A stretch of DNA of 64,000 nt from an uncultured virus (IMG/VR IMGVR_UViG_3300021958_000021) (IMGVR_UViG_3300021958_000021:62001-126000); one strand, 5' to 3'. Positions 39,531-49,068 are shown, numbered from the stretch's first letter. A program made the numbers and translations. The notes: generated from the letters alone by a model not told the origin.

Positions 39531-39788
39531 TCTTGAGTCCTGCGTTGAGATTTACACACACCAAAAAGGCGCAAACGGCTCCCTCCCCTCAAAATCGCAC
39601 TAATACCCATCTAATGCGGGTCACTTAGTTTAAGCGAGAGGGGGGGGATGCCCCCTTTGGGGTTATTTTCTACGAAAACTTGCAAAGTAAGATGCAACCA
39701 TATGGTTTGCTTTGCAAAACCAACTTATGTATTTTTATGCAAATATTTATTGCATCAACCGCACAAACCGCAAAAGGAGATGAAAAAC

Positions 39789-40325
39789 ATGAAAATGAAA
39801 CATACACGAATAGAACAAATCTATGGAGGCATCAATAACAAAGCATTCGGGGATAATACCCCAATGGTTGAAATGTTGCTTGAGCAGGCGCTTTACGAAG
39901 CAAACGGAGATTATCAAAGCCGAAAGGCGAAACCGTTCTGGGATGCCGTTATTGCACTTGTTAAAGCCTTGAAACCCGAAATGTTTTCACCAAACCGCAT
40001 ACCTCGCCAAATTATGAGCGTAATTGACGACATTTATTCAATTGTTCTCGAAAAGGAAGGAATGCACCTTTACAGGATGAAAGAAGAATTGGGATTCTTG
40101 CCTTTCTTGCCTCGTGGCCGCAGTTGGCTCTATGACCGAGACTGTGAAGGATTGAACGCTCAAGCCCATGTAGACCATATCGCTTTAACACGGGCAAACC
40201 ACACCCGAAACATGCTAATCAAGGCATTTAGGTCGGGTGCTTGGGATGGTTCCCACGATACGATAAATACGGTGTTTTCTACCGGAATTATGCGTGGGTG
40301 CTATGGGCCGGAGGATTGCCGTTAA
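39789..40325 (+). CDS. Paralog family member 3
   Basis: Same AGGAGATGAAAAACATG start; FWDAV..., LGFLPF, GAWDGS. Confidence 0.75.
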   Translation: MKMKHTRIEQIYGGINNKAFGDNTPMVEMLLEQALYEANGDYQSRKAKPFWDAVIALVKALKPEMFSPNRIPRQIMSVIDDIYSIVLEKEGMHLYRMKEELGFLPFLPRGRSWLYDRDCEGLNAQAHVDHIALTRANHTRNMLIKAFRSGAWDGSHDTINTVFSTGIMRGCYGPEDCR

Positions 40326-40354
40326 GCGGTTTAACGGTGGTTGATGCAACAACG

Positions 40355-40387
40355 GGGGGAAAGGGGTCTTTCGACCCCTTTCTCTCC
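40355..40387 (+). terminator. Strong hairpin closing the unit
   Basis: GGGGGAAAGGGGTC-TTTC-GACCCCTTTCTCTCC. Confidence 0.55.
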
Positions 40388-40522
40388 ACTTGTGGTTTTC
40401 AATCATTATTCACAAAGAAAGTCTCAAACCATATGGTTTGCTTTGGAAACCCGACTCTTTAACCAAAAAATGCCTGTTTAATGTCCAAAGGGCAACAAAC
40501 CTAAACAAAGGAGAGAAAAACC

Positions 40523-41041
40523 ATGAGACTGAAAAGAGAACATCAAATCATTCGGCTTGAAAACGCCATCGCAAAAGGGATGGTAACAGACGACCATGTG
40601 CTAAATGCCTTAGAATTGACTTTAGGCCTTTATCATAGTGCGTCGGAAAACAATGCAAGGCAAAGCGTGTATTGGACGGCTATTCGCCACATCGTGAAAA
40701 TGCACGATTATGGGGTTGATGCCTACATGAAGGGAAGAATCCCCCATACCGTTAAACTCAAAATCCATGAAATTGCCCGTGTTGCCCGTGAAGAAGTGTA
40801 TGAGGCATACCTCAACATTCACGACAAACTCGGCTTTTTGCCCATAAAGGTAGATTCTGAGGAATTGCACCGAGCCGATTCAATCGCCCATTCTGCATCC
40901 ATGAAGGTCATGCGCTCAATTGAGCGAAGGCTGACAAACGCCTATAAAGCGGGCGGTTGGGACGGAAGCGTAGAAAGTGCGCCAAATCACTTTGGACAGC
41001 GTTCTTTAGACGCACCAAATTTCAACGGAGGTTTTGAATAG
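40523..41041 (+). CDS. Paralog family member 4
   Basis: YWTAIRHIVK, LGFLPI, GGWDGS; AGGAG RBS. Confidence 0.8.
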   Translation: MRLKREHQIIRLENAIAKGMVTDDHVLNALELTLGLYHSASENNARQSVYWTAIRHIVKMHDYGVDAYMKGRIPHTVKLKIHEIARVAREEVYEAYLNIHDKLGFLPIKVDSEELHRADSIAHSASMKVMRSIERRLTNAYKAGGWDGSVESAPNHFGQRSLDAPNFNGGFE

Positions 41042-41199
41042 GTTTGACCTCCCCTTTGGACATGCACTCCGATTTTGGCTAAATCGGAGCATCACGCATT
41101 AGCCCCAAAGCCCGAATTAGCCCGTAAAACGGCTTTTTCGGGTGGCGGGGTTCTTAATATATATTTTTAACGAAAGTAGCAACGAACCATATGGTATGG

Positions 41200-41850
41200 T
41201 GAATTAATGCCTTCAAGCGCAGGTCTATGTAATACAGTATCTCTTTCTGCAACATTATTTGGGTCTAATTAAACCTACACAGAATTAACAGGGGTTTGAA
41301 TGTAGTAAATTCAATTGGACATATACCCATATGAATAATAATACTATATTATATTCAAGTCGCCAGAAGTTTGTCATGTTTTTAACATGGGTGTGACAAA
41401 TATCAGAGAAGATATGAGAGGGTTATGACCCATAAGCATATTACTATTATATATTTAACATTATTATCATTATTAACATACCATACCATACCATACCATA
41501 CCATATATCACCATCTTATATCCCTCTCATTTCTTAGGGGTTATACAAAATAATACCTTTATGAAAATGAAAAACATGTTAAACATGACAACAATGTTAA
41601 ACATATCATAGTGCTTAGGTTATGTATCACAACCTACCCCAAAACAAATTATCACGGATGTTAAACTTGCGGCTCTTTATCAAGGGTGACGGTTTCGTTT
41701 CTTTTCACTTTTCTATTTTGAAGATAAAAATGAAAATGATGTAAAAATAAAACGAGGATTGCAAAAATAACATGCCGATTATGACAAGGTTATGAAGCAC
41801 AAGTTATGCCTAAAATAGAAAGTTAGAGACATTTGAGTTATTGTTGCGCC
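41200..41850. other. AT-rich non-coding region with short iterated motifs (candidate origin or terminus)
   Basis: (CATAC)x5 at 41477-41501; recurrent GGTTAT and AACATG/TGTTAAAC; no ORF. Confidence 0.5.
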
Positions 41851-41901
41851 TTATATACTAATAACAGGTAGGAAGTTTGCCTACGGGCAGGATATGATAA
41901 C

Positions 41902-42369
41902 ATGGATAATGTGAAATGGGAAAGTCTCGTTATTGAGATTACCGAATACCTTGAAGCCGATGACAGTTTGGATGCCGCACTTCGCCAAGTGGTTGAATTG
42001 CACCTCCAAGTTGGACAAGAAAACGAGAATGAGCGAGAAGCCGCTAGTAACGCACTAAAGGCTCTTTTGCGAGGCCGTGACGGAACTCCGTTCCGCCGTG
42101 GACAAAAATCTGCCGTTCCTGCGGCGGTAAGAGTCGCAATTGACCGTATTTGTGGCGTTGTTGAAGAAGCCGCCCTTGGTTTCTTTAACCACGACCCAAT
42201 TATGAGTCAAATTCTCACACAACACGCAAAATCCGGTGGCGGTCTTTTTGAGAACGATGCCGCATATGCCGCTTCTGTTGTGAAGAGAATGCGAAACTCG
42301 CTTTCGTCCCAATATAAGGACGGTTCGTGGGACGGTAGCGTTAATTCTCTACTCGGCAACGAAGAGTGA
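41902..42369 (+). CDS. Paralog family member 5
   Basis: TPFRRGQKSAVP and GSWDGS; upstream TTATATA box at ~41851. Confidence 0.75.
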   Translation: MDNVKWESLVIEITEYLEADDSLDAALRQVVELHLQVGQENENEREAASNALKALLRGRDGTPFRRGQKSAVPAAVRVAIDRICGVVEEAALGFFNHDPIMSQILTQHAKSGGGLFENDAAYAASVVKRMRNSLSSQYKDGSWDGSVNSLLGNEE

Positions 42370-42417
42370 TTTTTCTCTTTTTGGGAAACACCCCTTTAGA
42401 ATAAATTAGATTTTTCT

Positions 42418-42462
42418 CCCCCTGCGGCTTTCTCTTCGGAGATTGCCGTAGGGGGTTTTTTC
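42418..42462 (+). terminator. Hairpin plus T-tract terminator
   Basis: CCCCCTGCGGC...TTCG...GCCGTAGGGGG followed by TTTTTT. Confidence 0.6.
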
Positions 42463-42627
42463 ATTTTTAGAATCAATTGATTCGTTTTGCAGATATGTTT
42501 TGAAGGTTGCGGGTGAGGTCAGGGAGCCTTTAAGAAGGCGGCGACCCCCAAGTGATGAGGAAGGCAATAAATTGCTTTTCTCGCAAACTTCGGTATTTTT
42601 CATCAACCGAAAAATATTCTAATTCAC

Positions 42628-42711
42628 GCTAAGGTGGCTGAGTATGGTTAAAAGCGCAGGGCTTAAACTCCTGTCCGTAACGGTTCGTAGGTTCAAATCC
42701 TACCCTTAGCA
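42628..42711 (+). tRNA. tRNA-Leu (TAA)
   Basis: Acceptor GCTAAGG/CCTTAGC; anticodon stem CAGGG/TCCTG with loop CTTAAAC; long variable arm; GTAGG-TTCAAAT-CCTAC T-arm. Confidence 0.88.
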
Positions 42712-42825
42712 CTATTCACGGTCGGGTGAGACATAGGGGGCATAATTAGCATGGCTTCTTAATTGAGGCTTTTTGTCTCCCCGACCTCCTATTCACACAA
42801 TAGCAAAAACACAGGAGAAATAAAA

Positions 42826-43014
42826 ATGAACAACGAAGAAAAAGAAATGGTTTCAGTTTTGGCTGAACACATTAAGCAAGAAGCACGAAATAAGCAAAGA
42901 GAATCATTGATGGAAATGCGTAAAGTATTCTACGATTATATGACTTCTCAAGGAATGGAGATGCCCGAACTTTTTAAGCAAGGGGATTTTATTGACTTTT
43001 TCGTGAACAACTGA
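42826..43014 (+). CDS. Hypothetical protein
   Basis: AGGAG RBS before MNNEEKE. Confidence 0.6.
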   Translation: MNNEEKEMVSVLAEHIKQEARNKQRESLMEMRKVFYDYMTSQGMEMPELFKQGDFIDFFVNN

Positions 43015-43024
43015 GGTAATAAAA

Positions 43025-44458
43025 ATGATAACAGGAACAAACCAACAAGAAGAAATATGGGACGAAATGGAAAACGGTGATAACCACATGGTTATCAAAG
43101 CGGGTGCAGGTGTAGGGAAAACCTTTACAATTGTAGAAGGTTCTAACCGCATTAATGCAGAAAAGATGGCATTTTTGTGCTTTAACAAATCCATCCAGAC
43201 CGAATTAGCAGACCGACTTCCTCAAAATGTAGAGGCAAAGACCTTTCATGCGCTCGGTTTTGCGGCCATTCGTGCGGCAGGTATTCGCACAAAAGTGAAC
43301 AATTACAAGGTAAAGAACATCATTGATGATTACCACGGAAAGGACTTCAATGCTTATCCTCTCGTTAAATTGATTGGGCTTATCAAGGGTTCTTTGATTG
43401 ACGGTAGCGATATTCGTAGTATTCGGGGCTTGATTGACAAATATAACATTGAGTTTGAGTCCACAAGAGAAGAACAATTAGCAATCACTTCAATTCCAGA
43501 CATTCTTTCAGAATGCTTGAGGATTACTCATCAAATTGACTTTGACGACATGATTTGGCTTCCGCTTAAAAAGAACCTTCCTTTCCCACGATTTGATGTA
43601 TTGTTTGTTGATGAGGCACAAGACTTCAATGAAATGCAACGAGAGTTAATTTTCCGTTGTGTTCAAAACGGACGATGTATTGTTGTTGGCGACCCAAATC
43701 AAGCAATTTACGGCTTCCGTGGTGCTGATAGCGATTCAATGGATATTTTCAAAGAACAACTTGTGAAAACTAACCGAGGTGTTCAGGAATTTCCTTTGAG
43801 TCTCACTTGGCGTTGTCCAAAATCCGTTGTTGCCGAAGCAAACCGATATGTCCAAAATTTCAACTGTCGTGAAGATGCTGAAAATGGGACGGTGCGTGTA
43901 AATGCACCATTCAATCCTATTGAGGGGGATATGGTTCTTTGTCGGTATAATGCCCCATTGGTTTCCGCTTTCTATGAATTGATTCTTCAAGGAAAGTCAG
44001 CGTATGTTTTGGGTCGTGACATGACAAAAGGCCTAATTGCTTATACGGGCAAAATTACCAAGAACGGCAACATGGGAACAGATGAGTTTATTCAATTGCT
44101 TGATACTGACTTTAATACTACTTACAACCGATTGATGAAGGCTGATAAGATTAACCAAGCAAATACGCTTGAGGATAAATATAATTGCCTAAAAATCTTT
44201 TCTGCTAGGGCTACGACTGTTCGGGGCATCATTGAGGAAATCAAAAATGTCTTTGACAACAGCGAAAAAGGAGAAATTATGTTGTCCACCGTTCACAAGG
44301 CAAAGGGACTTGAAGCAGACAATGTTTATATTCTTGCTACTGAGAGAATGCCTCATCCAAAGGCAACCAATCCAAGGGAAGAACGAAACATCTGTTATGT
44401 GGCTATTACTAGAGCAAAAAAGAATTTGTTCTATGTTGGGCCAAAACCGGGAAATTGA
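43025..44458 (+). CDS. UvrD/Rep-like superfamily 1 helicase
   Basis: AGAGVGKT, TFHA, VDEAQD, VGDPNQAIYGFRGA, STVHKAKGLE and YVAITRAK. Confidence 0.93.
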   Translation: MITGTNQQEEIWDEMENGDNHMVIKAGAGVGKTFTIVEGSNRINAEKMAFLCFNKSIQTELADRLPQNVEAKTFHALGFAAIRAAGIRTKVNNYKVKNIIDDYHGKDFNAYPLVKLIGLIKGSLIDGSDIRSIRGLIDKYNIEFESTREEQLAITSIPDILSECLRITHQIDFDDMIWLPLKKNLPFPRFDVLFVDEAQDFNEMQRELIFRCVQNGRCIVVGDPNQAIYGFRGADSDSMDIFKEQLVKTNRGVQEFPLSLTWRCPKSVVAEANRYVQNFNCREDAENGTVRVNAPFNPIEGDMVLCRYNAPLVSAFYELILQGKSAYVLGRDMTKGLIAYTGKITKNGNMGTDEFIQLLDTDFNTTYNRLMKADKINQANTLEDKYNCLKIFSARATTVRGIIEEIKNVFDNSEKGEIMLSTVHKAKGLEADNVYILATERMPHPKATNPREERNICYVAITRAKKNLFYVGPKPGN

Positions 44459-44560
44459 TTATACTCCACCAACTCCTGTGATAGAAGGTAAGTGTGACTT
44501 CTGGAGAAATTGACGCTCAAATGGGTGCAAAGCCCTAAAGAAAACATAGGAGAAATAAGA

Positions 44561-45298
44561 ATGAAAGAATTATTGAAAATATCTGGGTCTGAACTGGCCC
44601 TTCTTTGCTACATTAAAGAAGTAGCGAGGGAAAGAGAACAAAATATTGACCTACGACCTCATGTTGTTGTAGAAGTGATAAACGAACTACTTGAAGCATA
44701 TACGGAGGATTAAATATGAAATATGAAGAATTTATGAAAATTACAGATAAATGGTCGGACAACGATAAGTTGCGATTTTTGATGGAATACCCTGTGTATC
44801 ACAAACTGATTATGCAATTTCTTTTGCACAATTGGCGAGATAGTGTTGTTGTTGATTTTGAAGAAATCAGGGCCTTTGCTAAGACTAATGACATTTTGAC
44901 AATTACTGATTTAACGGAGGAAGAATAATGGATGAAGGATGGAGAGAACACATAGATGAATTAAAATCCCGAACAAAAAAGTCAAAAATTCATGATTTTC
45001 TTGAAAATTTAGCAGATTGGGGAATAAACAATCAACACCATGTCATTTTATGGGAAGCGATGGTGGCTATTATTGAAGCAGACGAAAAAGGAGATTTTGA
45101 TGGACTATTGGGGGATGAGGAATGAATTGCTCACATGATAATTACGAATTAACATCAGAAGACTTATTTGTTGAAGAACCATTTAATGTGATTTATCAAC
45201 ACTTTATCTGTCTAGATTGTGGCGTTAAAGGGGAACGCACATATAAAATGCCCATTGAAATTACATGGGAAGACCCTAATCAAACTAAATTAATTTGA
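44561..45298 (+). CDS. Run of four small hypothetical genes (44561-44713, 44716-44928, 44928-45125, 45122-45298)
   Basis: Coupled small ORFs with GGAG RBSs; the last (58 aa, hand-translated) carries CSH...CLDC. Confidence 0.55.
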
Positions 45299-45317
45299 AA
45301 AAACAGGAGGAATAAAA

Positions 45318-46403
45318 ATGGAAATTGAAATTGAAGCACGAAGAGAATTAGGAACAGGTCATTGGGATAAGAAATTAATGCAAAATCTTACTTCTCTTTC
45401 TATTGCAGATAATTATAACGAAGCGAAAGATGAATGGATTGCTACCGGAAATATTTGGTGGGAAGGAATGGGTGGAGAATATCCACAATGGATGAAACAC
45501 CATGGAAAGTGTCTATGTGGGCATACGGTCAAATACCACTTTCATATTCAGAACACGGAAAATGGCGTTGAAGAAGTTGTTGGTAGCGACCACATTAATA
45601 CTTATATGATTAAGCGTGAAATTTCGCTTTCTACTGGAATTAGTGAAGAATTTATTACTGAACAACAAATCAAAGAATGGCTCAATGTTCGCATTGAATC
45701 TATGAAAGCCGCCGCTTGGTGGCTAGCCAATGGTGAGCGTTTTACTGAATTGTTTGAAGAAGTCCGTGAATATGATTTAAGAATCAATGTTCGGGAAAAG
45801 AACATTGTTTGGAGTCATTCCGAAGGAAAGTATGTCTATGATACTGTTCTTCGTAAAAAAGGAAGTGGTTCACCGATGGATGGCGATTATGAAATGGCTT
45901 CCGTTGTTTGGCGTTGGAATCATCCCGATAATTCAAGAAATCAGCGTGATGGGAGAGGCTATCCAAACGAGCGTCTTATGCAAGATTTGTATATTTTGCA
46001 ATTTCAAATCATGCAAATGAAAGAAAAATTAGATGAAGAAGATAACGAACTTCAAACTTTGACTCAACAAATGCTTGAAAAACAATCAAATAATGTTCAA
46101 GAAAAACAGCAGTTATCCTTTGAAGAACGGTGCAGTTATTTTGGTATTCCTGCGTTTGATTCGTCTTGGGGCTATAACGATTGGACACGGACATTCCTTG
46201 CCGATATGAAGCGTTTGATGACGGCTGGAAGAGATTTGACTCAATCCCAACAGGATAATTTGTTGAAGATTATTCGGGGCAATCAAGCCACCGATAAACA
46301 GATGGCTTATTTGCGAGATTTGGGATATGATGGTGTTCATCACCTCTCTAAATCGGAGGCATCTAATCTTATCAGCAAGTATTTGTTGCAGGAGAACATC
46401 TGA
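45318..46403 (+). CDS. Hypothetical protein with CxCGH motif and C-terminal AT-x-KQ..L helical motif
   Basis: KCLCGH...VGSDHI; C-terminal ATDKQMAYLRDLG...LSKSEASNLI. Confidence 0.65.
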   Translation: MEIEIEARRELGTGHWDKKLMQNLTSLSIADNYNEAKDEWIATGNIWWEGMGGEYPQWMKHHGKCLCGHTVKYHFHIQNTENGVEEVVGSDHINTYMIKREISLSTGISEEFITEQQIKEWLNVRIESMKAAAWWLANGERFTELFEEVREYDLRINVREKNIVWSHSEGKYVYDTVLRKKGSGSPMDGDYEMASVVWRWNHPDNSRNQRDGRGYPNERLMQDLYILQFQIMQMKEKLDEEDNELQTLTQQMLEKQSNNVQEKQQLSFEERCSYFGIPAFDSSWGYNDWTRTFLADMKRLMTAGRDLTQSQQDNLLKIIRGNQATDKQMAYLRDLGYDGVHHLSKSEASNLISKYLLQENI

Positions 46404-46621
46404 TTCCTTGTTGGAGGCAGTTTTGCGTCTTCACAGGAAAAGTAGGTTTAAAAAATAAAAATGCAAGTCTTCAGGTATGGTGCATTTTCCTACAACGGGG
46501 TTTGTCAAGTAAAAAAGAACAAAGTTGTTTACCTCACGACATATAGGGTATTTGGTTGGTCTTCTGTCCTGTTCTTTTTTGGAACCAATATGGTTCCTTC
46601 CCCACCCTTTAAGGTGATACT

Positions 46622-46864
46622 ATGTTTAAAAGATGGTTTAGCAAATATAAAGTAAAAGAAAAACCTATCATTAGATGCGGAGACTGTTTTCTTAAGGCAC
46701 ACTACTATATACAAATTAGATTCCAGCCAATCGGAGAAAGACCGCTAGATGAAAAAATAATAATTCCAATATGTAATGATTGTTATGAGCAAATATATGA
46801 AAGATATAACCCGCAAAGACTCCCTGCGCCTGTTCAAGTCGGAGTATTTGAACAGACGCATTAA
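46622..46864 (+). CDS. Small Zn-ribbon protein
   Basis: CGDC...CNDC; AGGTGA RBS. Confidence 0.6.
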   Translation: MFKRWFSKYKVKEKPIIRCGDCFLKAHYYIQIRFQPIGERPLDEKIIIPICNDCYEQIYERYNPQRLPAPVQVGVFEQTH

Positions 46865-46963
46865 ACACGAAATGCGGAGAAGAGAAATTTATAAAGAATT
46901 AAGAGGATTAGGTATGCCCTCTTGGAAAGCATACCAAATATCAATAAAAAAAATGGTGATAAA

Positions 46964-47200
46964 ATGAAAGAAGAAATATTAGTTAGAAAACTACAAGAAG
47001 AACAATATGGCCCTATTAGCCAACCCACCGATGAAAACACGGTGCGAATAAAAATTAGGGGTTTCAGGGAAGTGCTTGAAAACGACTTAAAAGCCTTTTT
47101 GGAAAATCCGTCTGCTAAAAACTTTTCAGGACTGAAAATGAGTATGTATTGGTATCAATATTGGATGAAGAAGGCCGTTTATGAAGAGGTAGAAGAATGA
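46964..47200 (+). CDS. Hypothetical protein
   Basis: GGTGA RBS before MKEEIL. Confidence 0.55.
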   Translation: MKEEILVRKLQEEQYGPISQPTDENTVRIKIRGFREVLENDLKAFLENPSAKNFSGLKMSMYWYQYWMKKAVYEEVEE

Positions 47201-47844
47201 ATATCTTTGCGCTATCCAGTAATCCCGTTGAAGCCGCACAACAGATGATAGACAAACATGTTGTGAAAATGCCTACGGAAAGTTGTCAAATGTTGCATAC
47301 AAATCACTTGTATTTCCATTACAAAGGCATTTATGGTGTAGAACCTTCTCTCAAAGATTTGAAGAAGTTTCATGCTCACATCAATTCTAAGTTAATGAAA
47401 CCGGCCATGCTTAATCATCCTAGCACTATTTGGGCAAGAGAAACCAAGGCTAACTTCATGTGGTTGTATGAACACGCACTTGCGCTTTGTGAAGAATATA
47501 CTTTCCGTTACGGAAAAGAGCATGGAACGCAAAAGCGCATTTTAGATAGCATAACATTTGATGCTAGTCCTTTTAACAAAACACCATTAACTATTGCGAT
47601 GGCTGATGAATACAGGCTAGACCGTGATGCTTACTTTGCCGAAAATCCCAACTTAGGTGATTGGGACTTTGTAATAGAATCTTATCGTCATTATTATCTT
47701 GAAGGCAAATGGAGATTTGCTTCATGGCGTAAAGACCGCAGACCAAAATGGTTCCCAAAAAACTGGTATGCAAAAAAATACAATCAAGAAATACGAAACT
47801 TTAATGAAAGAAACAATGCAAATTTGAAACTTATGGAGGAATAA
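47197..47844 (+). CDS. Pyrimidine-dimer DNA glycosylase-like protein (endonuclease V/DenV-like family)
   Basis: MNIF.L...P..AA...DKHVVKM..E..QML, NHPSTIWAR, EYTFRYGKEH and YRHYY. Confidence 0.8.
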   Translation: MNIFALSSNPVEAAQQMIDKHVVKMPTESCQMLHTNHLYFHYKGIYGVEPSLKDLKKFHAHINSKLMKPAMLNHPSTIWARETKANFMWLYEHALALCEEYTFRYGKEHGTQKRILDSITFDASPFNKTPLTIAMADEYRLDRDAYFAENPNLGDWDFVIESYRHYYLEGKWRFASWRKDRRPKWFPKNWYAKKYNQEIRNFNERNNANLKLMEE

Positions 47845-47846
47845 AA

Positions 47847-48418
47847 ATGATAGAATGTAACAAATGTAAAAGTTTAGTTTGGAAGCGTAAGATTCGCATG
47901 GGAGAATATGATTGTCATTGTCCCAAATGCGACCATAACTTTACTTATATTGATTATCTGGGGGAATAAAAATGAAAATTACTTGTATTAATTGTCAGAA
48001 ACAATTTGTAACGACAACAAATATATTTGGTGTTCCAAACCACTACTATTGTGAAGGATATTGTCGCAACAACGCACGATATGGCATAATTTCATACGGG
48101 TGCTTGTAAATGGTGATTAAAATGAAAACATGCAATATGTGTGATGGGTCAGGATATGTTGTTCGTGAAGACCATATTCATGATGTTTTGGTAAAAGAAC
48201 GATGTGATTCTTGCCTTCAAGAAGATAGGCAAAAGGAAGAAATATATAATAACATGCGAGTATTGCTGGCCTCTGTGAGTCCTCAACTTCTTGCTCAGTA
48301 TTTGTCGCAAGTTATTATTCATGTTGGTGCAAATAAACATAGTTTAGATGCACTAGAGCAGCAAATTCTTGCAAAAAACAAAACTGGACTTCTAAGTTGG
48401 ATTTCCCTCTTAGAATGA
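47847..48418 (+). CDS. Three small Zn-finger genes (47847-47969, 47972-48109, ~48122-48418)
   Basis: CNKC..CPKC and CINC..CEGYC (hand-translated); CNMC..CDSC (ORF track). Confidence 0.55.
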
Positions 48419-48425
48419 AAACAAT

Positions 48426-48497
48426 GGGCGTATGGTGTAACGGATAGCATTCTGGCCTTCTAAGCCGGAGATGGGGGTTCAATTCCTCCTACGCCCG
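48426..48497 (+). tRNA. tRNA-Arg (TCT)
   Basis: Acceptor GGGCGTA/TACGCCC; anticodon stem CTGGC/GCCGG with loop CTTCTAA; GGGGG-TTCAATT-CCTCC T-arm. Confidence 0.92.
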
Positions 48498-48572
48498 CTA
48501 TTTCAAATAAAGTGTATAGGTGGCTTTTTAAATGACCTACGGATGGGTGCGATGCCTAAAGGAGAAATAATT

Positions 48573-48830
48573 ATGTATCTGAAAGAAAAAAGAAAAGAAG
48601 TAGAGTTTAGAATTGTAGATGACGAAGAGTTACCTCCAATTATTTTCTCTCAAAATGAGAATGATGAAGTTAAGGTAGTGATTAATACTTATCACAGGAC
48701 TTGGATAATGCTACACCGTAGGACTATTCTGGGTGCTTTAGATGCTTTGGGAGAGAAAATTGATACTATTCTAACTGCATATTTGACGGAACAAAGACTT
48801 TTTGAAAAACAAGACAGGGAGATGATTTAA
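48573..48830 (+). CDS. Hypothetical protein
   Basis: AGGAG RBS before MYLKEK. Confidence 0.6.
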   Translation: MYLKEKRKEVEFRIVDDEELPPIIFSQNENDEVKVVINTYHRTWIMLHRRTILGALDALGEKIDTILTAYLTEQRLFEKQDREMI

Positions 48831-48912
48831 TGTTTAAGGGACTATTGAAAGGAATTTTTATCTTTAGTATTTTTGGGCCACTATTTTTCTTAATTCACGG
48901 AGATGATTGGGA

Positions 48913-49068
48913 ATGAAGCAAACATGCTTTTGCGGCTATACCGGCCAAATGACGAATTGTGACGCTTGTAAAAAAGCAGTTTGTCGCAGTTGTTCTAAAC
49001 TAAAAGTCATCAAAGGCGATGTTCATGTGATGCATGACATTTGTCTTGTTAAAAAACAAAGGAAGTGA
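48913..49068 (+). CDS. Small 8-ligand Zn finger (AN1/B-box-like spacing; 51 aa, not in the ORF track)
   Basis: MKQTCFCGYTGQMTNCDACKKAVCRSC...HDIC. Confidence 0.6.
   Translation: MKQTCFCGYTGQMTNCDACKKAVCRSCSKLKVIKGDVHVMHDICLVKKQRK

Larger units (their letters stand above)
37516..41194 (+). repeat. Seven dispersed CCATATGG palindromes, five extended as ACCATATGGTTT(G/T)CTTT
   Basis: Copies at 37516, 37605, 38579, 38920, 39698, 40429 and 41187; the five middle copies each open a transcription-unit-like block. Confidence 0.9.

Noticed and set aside
37640..39788. Long N-terminal extensions given by the ORF track for paralogs 1-3
   Set aside because: They run through promoter and leader sequence; RBS-supported starts are at 37706, 39015 and 39789
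37661..41063. Retron or diversity-generating retroelement reading of the inverted repeats
   Set aside because: No reverse transcriptase is in the window and no template/variable repeat pair with adenine-specific differences was seen
37516..41194. CCATATGG-containing repeats as a CRISPR array
   Set aside because: Spacing is about 90-970 bp and irregular, the intervals contain whole genes, and no cas genes are present
42552..42592. Hammerhead ribozyme suggested by TGATGAG and a stem
   Set aside because: The core would need CTGATGA...GAAA; the sequence has GTGATGA and GCAAA, and no matching cleavage triplet or stem III was found
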